DNA from: Thermoanaerobaculia bacterium
GTDB lineage: Bacteria; Acidobacteriota; Thermoanaerobaculia; Multivoradales; UBA5704
Direction: 5' to 3'
Length of the DNA stretch: 64,000 nt
Assembly (NCBI GenBank): GCA_044226625.1
Contig: JBGAGQ010000021.1
Coordinates: 24,460 to 88,459 of the forward strand
Part shown: positions 57,176 to 64,000 of the stretch, piece by piece
Layout: each line of letters opens with the position of its first letter
Numbering within the stretch: position 1 is the first letter of the stretch
The notes under the pieces: generated by a model
What the model was told of the DNA's origin: nothing
Seen by the model: only the letters and a program-made list of their open reading frames with translations
The model's database searches: none
Made by a program: the position numbers and the translations under genes

Positions 57176-57670
57176 ATGCCCGTCGACAACGACACCGGAG
57201 GCGGCACCCAGTACACCATCACCCACCCCCGTCCGGTCGCCCCGCCGCCCGGAGACATCGCGGCCGCCATCGCGACCGGGGTGGCCGCCGCCATCCAGCT
57301 CTATACGATTTTCGGCACGTCCGGCGATCCCTCGGGGGCGCAGATCACCGCTGTCGTGGCGACTCTCCTGGGATTCCTGATCCTGGTCGTCACCATCATC
57401 CAGAACGGCGTGAGCCAGGACGTGGTGCTCGACATCCCGAGCGACCCGGCCGCCTGGACGGAGCTCAAGCCCCAGCAAAAGGGGGGCAACATACCGAACG
57501 GCATCGTGGCGACCGATATGATCCTGTTCCGGGATCCGGACACCTCCAACGGGATGAAGATCCAGACCACGGCCGGCGGGGTTTCGACCACCGCGACGAC
57601 CGTGCATCTCGTCCTGCTCGAGTCGCGGGACCCCTCGAACAAGCCGAAGTACACCTGCACCTTCACCTGA
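57176..57670 (+). CDS. Hypothetical protein with hydrophobic hairpin, downstream of the CHAT gene
   Basis: GGAGG RBS and ATG 57176; GC3-rich coding pattern; hydrophobic stretches IAAAIATGVAAAIQLY and AVVATLLGFLILVVTII. Confidence 0.7.
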   Translation: MPVDNDTGGGTQYTITHPRPVAPPPGDIAAAIATGVAAAIQLYTIFGTSGDPSGAQITAVVATLLGFLILVVTIIQNGVSQDVVLDIPSDPAAWTELKPQQKGGNIPNGIVATDMILFRDPDTSNGMKIQTTAGGVSTTATTVHLVLLESRDPSNKPKYTCTFT

Positions 57671-57768
57671 TCCGCACCGGTTCAGCAGGGGAAGACGACC
57701 CCGCTCCCCTCGGTTATAGTCCCCGACTTCGTTTTGGCGGGATCTAGACTGAACCCGAGGGGAGCCGT

Positions 57769-59901
57769 ATGTCCGAGTCGTCCCAACTGATGCGCAAGCT
57801 GCACGAGCTCGCGCAGAACCTCTGGTGGTGCTGGCGGCCGGAGATCCGCTCGATCTTTCGCGAGCTCGCCCCGGAAACCTGGAAAGCCGTCTACCACAAT
57901 CCGGTCGCCCTCCTGCATCGCCTCGACGACGCGAGCGTCGCGCGGCGGGTCTCGTCCCTCGAGATGCAGACCCGGATCGACCAGGCGCACCGGCTCCTCA
58001 CCGAATACCTGCGCGGCGGAGACGGCTGGGGTGCCGTCCACGCCTCGGCGCTGCTCGCCCGGCCGGTCGCCTATTTCTCGGCCGAGTTCGGTCTCCATCA
58101 GTCGATCCCGATCTATTCCGGCGGTCTGGGCGTCCTCGCGGGCGACCACCTGAAGAGCCTGAGCGACCTCGGCGTCCCGGTGGTCGGCGTCGGCCTGCTC
58201 TACCATCAGGGCTACGTCCACCAGCTCATCGACGCGTCGGGCGACCAGCAGGATCATTACGAGCCGGTCGACTCGGGGCTGCTGCCGATCTCGCCGATCG
58301 AGGGCCTCGACGGTCAGCCGGTGCGAGTCGAGGTCGAGCTGCCGGGCCGGACGGTCAAGCTCCGCCTCTGGCGGGTCGAGGTCGGCCGCTGCACGCTCCT
58401 CCTGCTCGACGCGCGCGACGACGAAAACGACGAGGCGGACCGCTCGCTCACCGACCGGCTCTACGGCGGCGACACGGAGACCCGCATCCAGCAGGAGGTG
58501 CTGCTCGGGGTCGGCGGCTGCCGCGCGCTCGCCGCGATCGGCGTCCACCCCTCCGTGCTCCACCTGAACGAGGGGCATTCGGCGTTCGCCCTGCTCGAAA
58601 AGGCCCATCAGATCGCGGCGAACCAGGGGCTCTCGGCCAAGGAGGCCCTGCGCGAGGTGGCCGCGATGTCGGTCTTCACCACGCACACCCCCGTCGAGGC
58701 AGGGCACGACCGGTTCGACCCGGAGCTCGCCGCGCGCTACCTCGAGCCGCTGTTCCCCGCGCTCGGGCTCACCCCGCAGCAACTGGTCGACCTCGGCCTC
58801 GAAAAGCCGGCGGAAGCGGACTCGCTGTTCTGCCCGACCGCCCTCGCGCTCCAGCTGACGCGCCGGGCGAACGGCGTCTCGGCCCTCCACGGCCGGGTGT
58901 CGCGCAAGATGTGGCACCACCTCTACCCCGCGAAGAGCGAGGAGGAGGTGCCGATCGGCCACATCACGAACGGCGTCCACGTCCGCACTTGGATCGCCTC
59001 GGCGATGCACCAACTGCTGGTGCGCCACGTCGGCTCCGACTGGACCGAAAAGATGGCGCATCGCGACCTCTGGGACCGGATCGAAGCGGTGCCGGACGCC
59101 GAGCTCTGGGAGGTCCACCAGGTTCTCAAAGGCAGGATGGTGGAATTCGTCCGCGGCCGCCTCGCCGAGCGGCGATTGCGATTGAGCCTCCCCGAGCCGA
59201 CGGAGATCCCGCTCGGCGCGGAGGTGCTCACGCTCGGTTTCGCCCGCCGTTTCGCCACCTACAAGCGCGCGGACCTCCTACTGTCCGATCTCGACCGTCT
59301 CGCCCGTCTGGTGGGCGACCCCGCACGGCCGATCCAGATCGTCTACGCGGGCAAAGCCCATCCGCGCGATGCCGCGGGCAAGGATCTGGTTCGCAAGGTT
59401 TCGGAGCTCGAAAACGATCCCCGCTTCGCCGGCCGCGTCGTCCTGGTCGAGAACTACTCGATGCACGTCGCCCGGCAGCTCGTGCAAGGGGTGGACGTCT
59501 GGGTGAACACCCCCCGGCGCCCCTACGAAGCCTGCGGCACGAGCGGCCAGAAATGCATCCTGAACGGCGTGCTGAACCTGTCCATCCTGGACGGCTGGTG
59601 GGCCGAGGCGTTCGACGGAGCGAACGGCTTCGCGATCGGCCACGGCGAGAGCCACAAAGACCCCGAGATCCAAGACGCCCGCGACGCCGAGTCGCTCTAC
59701 GAAGTCCTCGAGCGCCAGGTGGTCCCCCTCTACTACCACCGCAACGACGAGGGAATCCCACGCGCCTGGATCGCCCGCATCAAGCGCGCCATCCACACCA
59801 TGGCCTGGCGCTTCAACGCCGACCGCATGGTGAGGGACTACGTCGAGGAGTGCTACCTGCCGGCCGCGGGCGGCTCGACGTGCCGGATGCCGGGGCGGTA
59901 G
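57769..59901 (+). CDS. glgP: Alpha-glucan (glycogen/maltodextrin) phosphorylase
   Basis: AYFSAEFG, YSGGLGVLAGD, HLNEGH, GFARRFATYKR, EACGTSGQK PLP site. Confidence 0.96.
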   Translation: MSESSQLMRKLHELAQNLWWCWRPEIRSIFRELAPETWKAVYHNPVALLHRLDDASVARRVSSLEMQTRIDQAHRLLTEYLRGGDGWGAVHASALLARPVAYFSAEFGLHQSIPIYSGGLGVLAGDHLKSLSDLGVPVVGVGLLYHQGYVHQLIDASGDQQDHYEPVDSGLLPISPIEGLDGQPVRVEVELPGRTVKLRLWRVEVGRCTLLLLDARDDENDEADRSLTDRLYGGDTETRIQQEVLLGVGGCRALAAIGVHPSVLHLNEGHSAFALLEKAHQIAANQGLSAKEALREVAAMSVFTTHTPVEAGHDRFDPELAARYLEPLFPALGLTPQQLVDLGLEKPAEADSLFCPTALALQLTRRANGVSALHGRVSRKMWHHLYPAKSEEEVPIGHITNGVHVRTWIASAMHQLLVRHVGSDWTEKMAHRDLWDRIEAVPDAELWEVHQVLKGRMVEFVRGRLAERRLRLSLPEPTEIPLGAEVLTLGFARRFATYKRADLLLSDLDRLARLVGDPARPIQIVYAGKAHPRDAAGKDLVRKVSELENDPRFAGRVVLVENYSMHVARQLVQGVDVWVNTPRRPYEACGTSGQKCILNGVLNLSILDGWWAEAFDGANGFAIGHGESHKDPEIQDARDAESLYEVLERQVVPLYYHRNDEGIPRAWIARIKRAIHTMAWRFNADRMVRDYVEECYLPAAGGSTCRMPGR

Positions 59902-60104
59902 GTAGGGATTGGGTCGAAGGAGCCGCCATGACGCTCGACGCCAGGAAGCCAAGTAGGCAACGGGCGATCCTGTGAGGTGCATGCTCGGCCCAAAAGGCAC
60001 GCGGACGAAACTTCGCGCTGTTGCCTTGGCGAAAGCGACCTGACTCGACGGATTAGATTCCTGTGTCCGTGCCGCGTTAGGATCCCTCAAGAGGGAGGTA
60101 CCCA

Positions 60105-60341
60105 ATGACAGACTGGCGAGAACCTTTGATCTCCGATTCGAGCGTCTGCGGTGGCCAGATCGTCGCGAACGGCACCCGGGTGCTCCTGACCAACATCCTC
60201 GACAGCCTGGCTGAAGGCGCCTCACGGGCGGAGATTCTCGCCAGCTTCCCCTCGCTGCGCGCCGAGCACATCGATGCCGCACTGACTTATGCGGCCGAAC
60301 TGGCGAGAGAGGAATCCCTGCTCCCCCTGGCGTCGCGGTGA
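60105..60341 (+). CDS. DUF433-family antitoxin
   Basis: VCGG....GTRV....IL..LAEG.S..EIL..FP.L..E.I.AAL.YAA. Confidence 0.9.
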   Translation: MTDWREPLISDSSVCGGQIVANGTRVLLTNILDSLAEGASRAEILASFPSLRAEHIDAALTYAAELAREESLLPLASR

Positions 60342-60691
60342 AGTTCAAGATCGACGAGAACTTGCCTTCGGAACTCGCCGAGCGGTTTCGAGAGATCGGC
60401 GAAGAAGCCGACACGGTGGTGGCCGAGGGGCTCGCTGGCGCGCCGGATTCGAAGATCGTGGAAGAGGTTCGGCGCGAAGGCAGGATCTTAGTGAGGTTAG
60501 ACAAGGGACTCGGCGATCTTCGGTCTCGAAGCGCGGAAGAACCTGCGGTGGTCCTGATTCGGTTTCCGTCCGCTGGCCGCAGGGCTCTCCTCGATTTCAT
60601 GACGCCGCTGCTGCCTAGTCTCACGCTTCGATTGCGAACCGGTGGGTACCGTGTCCTGGTCGTCAGCGAACGCGGAATGAGGGCCCGCTGA
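60338..60691 (+). CDS. DUF5615/PIN-like (VapC45-type) toxin
   Basis: MKFKIDENLP, GL.G..D..I, EGRIL...DK..GDL; GTGA overlap with the antitoxin. Confidence 0.85.
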   Translation: MKFKIDENLPSELAERFREIGEEADTVVAEGLAGAPDSKIVEEVRREGRILVRLDKGLGDLRSRSAEEPAVVLIRFPSAGRRALLDFMTPLLPSLTLRLRTGGYRVLVVSERGMRAR

Positions 60692-60766
60692 TTCGCTAAG
60701 CTCCCCCGACAGATCGCTTCGTTGCCGAACCTCCGAAGGAAACCGAAACGCTCCCTCAATCATGGA

Positions 60767-61444
60767 ATGCCCTCAGCGGCTCGAGACGCGCTCGCCCCCG
60801 GGAAGGCGTTTTCAGGATCGGACGCGGGCTAGCCCTGGTCTTGGCGCTCGTCGCAACCGTCCTCACCTTCGGCTGGCGAACCGCCGGGGTGGCGATCGAC
60901 GACTTCTACATCACCTATCGGTACGCCCTCAATCTGGCCGAGGGCCACGGATTCGTTTTCAACCTGGGGGACAAGGTGTTCGGTCCTTACCAATCCAGGC
61001 CTGGCGCTGCTGCTCTCGGGGCTTCACGTGCTGACTCGTGCGCCCGTCGAAATCCTGCCGACGTGGGTCTTCGGAGCGGCACTCCTCGCGCTCGTGGCTC
61101 TCCTCGCGGCGGGAGCGAGAGTTTCGGATCGGCGGAGCGAGATTCTCGCCGGAGGTCTCCTCCTCGCCTCCTCTTTCGTGTGGAAAGCTCAAGGCTCCGA
61201 GGTTTCGCTGGCTTTGGCCCTCCTGCAGCTGCCGCGACAGAAGGCTTACGGAGAGGCCGCGCTCTGGATCCGCGATCTTTCGGGCGCCGATCGTCTGCCA
61301 GCCCTGGCTTACCGCGAAGCCGCGCGTTTTCCCAAACCCGACGGCGCCGGAGCTGTGATCGCTTTTCAGAGCCTACCCGGAGCTTCCGTTCCGCCGCCGC
61401 GAGCACGGGCCGCAGGCTCCAAGCGTTTTGCACCGCTGCATTGA
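60767..61444 (+). pseudogene. Frameshifted, truncated GT-C-like membrane protein
   Basis: DDFYITYRYALNLAEGHGFVFNLGDKVFG continues as LTNPGLALLLSGLHVLT only after removing 1 nt at ~60986. The product is far shorter than multi-TM members and has no clean in-frame start. Confidence 0.65.
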
Positions 61445-61835
61445 CACTACGCACCGGTGCGCGGACACTACGCACCGCTCCCTAGCGCGCGAGAACCGGG
61501 CCACCGAGCACGAACAGCAGTTACCAGAGCACAAACCGGGCTGCGCGAACACGAAACACCGGTCCCGAGGGTCCGGGGAGCACTGCGTGGAGCGGCGGTA
61601 CCGGTTCGTAGCGGTCGCGGACCGTTGTGTAGCGCCCGCGCCCCTGGAATTTGATCTCGCGAGGTGGTGCGTAGCGTCCGCGCACCAGTGCGTAGTGTCT
61701 TTGCACCGGTGCGTAGTGTCCTTTCAGGAGTGCGTAGCGTTCGGGGAGAAGGTTCCGGACGGTGGGAACCGGGGTTTCGTTCGGTGGCTCCGGTGCGGCG
61801 AATCTGGGAACCGATGCCTCGGTCTCCAGCGCAGC
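61430..61835. repeat. Degenerate 21-bp periodic array containing a long inverted repeat
   Basis: Units tgcattgacactacgcaccgg, tgcgcggacactacgcaccgc ... tgcgtagcgtccgcgcaccag, tgcgtagtgtctttgcaccgg, tgcgtagtgtcctttcaggag. 61443-61476 is the reverse complement of 61666-61699 at 32/34. Confidence 0.8.
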
Positions 61836-62006
61836 AGCGGTGCGTTTGCGGACCGATTTCCCGGACGCGCGGACGGGCTGCCTGGATCTGGTCACCCCGG
61901 CAGCCCGTCACTACATGGGAGCTTTGTGCTCGCGCTTTGGTCCTAGCGCTCTTGTTCTCGCGCTCTTGTGCTCGAATCCAACGACACGCGAGCCGCGATG
62001 GCGAAC

Positions 62007-62486
62007 TTACGGGCGGCAGATCATTCCTTCGGCCGTGCCCTCGCCGAGGCCGTTCGCGAACACTCCCGTCGCGGTGATCGTTCCGGTCGCCCCGGCGTAG
62101 ATTCCGGTTCCACCGACCACCGTGTCGACCTCTCCGAAGTTTCCGTCGCCCACCAGCTCCAGGACGATCGCGTCCTTCGTGTACAGGTCGCCGCCGCGCA
62201 GGTGAATGGTGTTGTCGCCGGTGAGCAGCGCGACGTGGGTCGAATTGGGATCGACCGGATCGACGATCGGCGCGAAGCTCTGGCCGATGAAATCGGACGT
62301 TCCGGAGAGCGAACCGCGCAGCTCGCCGCCCGCGCAGAGGGCGATCGGCGAGGTGCAGCCCGGCTCGGTCGAGGCCGCGAGGGTTACGCGGTAATGGACG
62401 CGATGGCAGCGGGGGGAGTCGGCGTGGGCGGCGGCCGAGACGAGGACGAGAGAGGCGAAGGCATAGGCGTAGCCACGGATCTTCAT
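62007..62486 (-). CDS. Secreted dirigent/allene-oxide-cyclase-like beta-barrel protein
   Basis: Signal peptide (SAAAHA^D); VVGGTGIYAGATG motif; four Cys; AAAGGA RBS. Confidence 0.7.
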   Translation of the reverse strand: MKIRGYAYAFASLVLVSAAAHADSPRCHRVHYRVTLAASTEPGCTSPIALCAGGELRGSLSGTSDFIGQSFAPIVDPVDPNSTHVALLTGDNTIHLRGGDLYTKDAIVLELVGDGNFGEVDTVVGGTGIYAGATGTITATGVFANGLGEGTAEGMICRP

Positions 62487-62730
62487 TAAAGAGTTCCTTT
62501 CGAGGTCGCGCTTGGCGACGAATCGCTGGGTTCGGTTTGTGCGCGGCGGAGCCGCGCCGCGGACTGCGTTGCGATCCGTACTGTGCCGATCGAAAGGAAA
62601 GGGTTACGGCTGATTCGAGCGCCGAGACGGAACATGCCGGAGCGCCGCGGTTTTCGTTACGGGTTCGAACGCGGGAGACCGGGCGCCGGACCGTCCTCCC
62701 GCGTTCGTAGTCACTCGATCGACGTCCGGT

Positions 62731-63482
62731 CTAGTGGACCATCGCGTGATCCATGCCGGCCCCGTCGCGTTCGATGTTGCGGCCGATGCCGTGCGTCCGC
62801 ATGTTGATCTTGAAGGTCAAGGTGTTCAGGTTGCCCGGCACCCGTACCTTGGTCCCGCCCGTATAGCTTCCGAGCGTCGCCCGGCCGGGGGTCGAGAGGT
62901 CGTAGGCCTTGGCGCGAGCAGAGAGAGATCGAGAAGGCTCGCCTGTCCGGCGGTGCCCGGAGGGCGGTCCCAGCGGAAGATCGTCTCCCGGTTGACGTCG
63001 TAAGTGACCTCCACGACGTCCGGCGGAAGACCCGGATCGAGGATGCTCGCGTGACCCACCACGTTCTGATAGCGCAGGTCGAGATGCTGGTCGTCCCGGC
63101 CGTCGAACCAGGTGGTCTCCGACATCTTCACTCCCGGCGGCAGCTTGAGCCCCGGAACGTCCTCCGGAATGCGGATTTGCGCAGGGCTCATCGAGTAGCT
63201 GGTGGTCGTGGTCGTTGTGGTCGTCGTGTGGCCCATCGAATCGGTCGTGGTCGTCGTCGTGGTGGTCGTCGTGCAGACCTTCTTCTTGTCGTCTCCGAAG
63301 AATCGGTCCCAGAGCCAGACGGCTCCCGTCGCGATCGTAGTCACCGCGGCTCCCACGACGATCACGGTGGTGACGGTGACCGGTTCGTCCGCTTTCGCGG
63401 CACGCGGTGGGGCGCACAGGGCGAGCATGGTGAACATCAGAGAGACGGCGACGATGCGGCGATACTTGTTGAAACTGGCCAT
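62731..63482 (-). pseudogene. Secreted Thr-rich protein interrupted by a 2-nt frameshift in a (CT)4 run
   Basis: AAGGAG RBS, ATG 63482, signal peptide. The frame turns to junk after LLDLS; deleting one CT at 62920-62927 gives ARAKAYDLSTPGRATLGSYTGGTKVRVPGNLNTLTFKINM...MVH* ending at 62731. Confidence 0.65.
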
Positions 63483-63568
63483 TCTTCGTTCTCCTTTTGG
63501 GTACGACGGAAAGGCGCGGCCCGTCGCCGGCGCGATCGAACCGCGCGGAAAAACCGCAGGGTTGATCG

Positions 63569-64000
63569 CTACCCCTGGATGAAATAGCCGAAGTACTGCC
63601 GGCTCCATTTCTGGACCGTCACGGTCGGGTTCGAGCACAGGGGCTTCGCGCGCAGCACGCGTACCTGGGCGAGGCCGACGGGGCAGGTCTGCGGGATCAC
63701 CACGTCGAGATGCTTGCCGTCGGTGCCCACCGGGGAGGTGGTCGCCTGCTCGCAGATCACGCCGCCCGCGAAGCGGAACTGAACTTTCACGACGCCTGTG
63801 AGCTCCACCCCTTCGAGTCGGATCTTGGCGCGACGGATCGAGCCGACGCGCGGCCAGATCTCGGTGACCACCGGGCGGCCCGGGTCGGCGGGGAGGTCGT
63901 TACGCCAGAACGTGACGCGATCGGAGAACGGATCGTTGGCGAGATCGAGGTCTCCGTCCTGATCGACGTCCAACGCGACGAGATCCTGCGAATCGGTGGA
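63569..64000 (-). CDS. C-terminus of an FG-GAP/VCBS-repeat protein with IPT/TIG-like domain (runs off the right edge)
   Basis: DVDQDGDLDL FG-GAP motif; P.VTEIWP..G......LEG..L TIG-like segment. Confidence 0.7.
   Translation of the reverse strand, partial: STDSQDLVALDVDQDGDLDLANDPFSDRVTFWRNDLPADPGRPVVTEIWPRVGSIRRAKIRLEGVELTGVVKVQFRFAGGVICEQATTSPVGTDGKHLDVVIPQTCPVGLAQVRVLRAKPLCSNPTVTVQKWSRQYFGYFIQG

Noticed and set aside
61430-61835. CRISPR array
   Set aside because: Units are contiguous, degenerate 21-mers with no unique spacers, and there are no cas genes in the window.
61428-61946. 172-aa Cys/His heptad-repeat ORF and its antisense counterparts as real proteins
   Set aside because: Open frames on both strands are expected from a 21-bp repeat; there is no clear RBS or recognisable domain.

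Overview
GC-rich bacterial chromosome segment. Gene content suggests Acidobacteriota, probably Thermoanaerobaculia-like (inference). Left to right: a minor type IV pilin cluster (pilV/pilW-like) behind a sigma54 promoter and an NtrC/PilR-type activator fused in an operon with selA; TPR, Zn-ribbon, iodotyrosine-deiodinase-like, DsbA, GNAT and glycosyltransferase genes; truA; a PAPS module (sat-cysC fusion plus cysQ) beside a Wzx/Wzy-type polysaccharide export locus (beta-barrel, short OPX, Wzc, PHP phosphatase, two O-antigen-ligase-like genes); a matrixin protease, methyltransferase, XdhC and BNR-repeat protein; a small secreted peptide plus Zn/TPR protein pair; copA, a CsgG-family gene and maeB; three XRE paralogs sharing one leaderless promoter/operator architecture around ogt; PEGA, GT2, LuxC-like and hydrolase genes; two tandem ECF sigma factors plus a double-ZAS anti-sigma facing a secreted TPR-CHAT caspase-like protease; glgP; a DUF433/PIN toxin-antitoxin pair; two frameshifted genes and a 21-bp periodic inverted-repeat array. 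I found no rRNA, complete tRNA, CRISPR array or transposase. Best candidates for an undescribed system: the CHAT/twin-ECF/twin-ZAS signalling locus (51.6-57.7 kb), the XRE triplet (44.4-47.2 kb) and the peptide-TPR pair (36.6-38.6 kb). All family calls come from motif recognition, not database searches.
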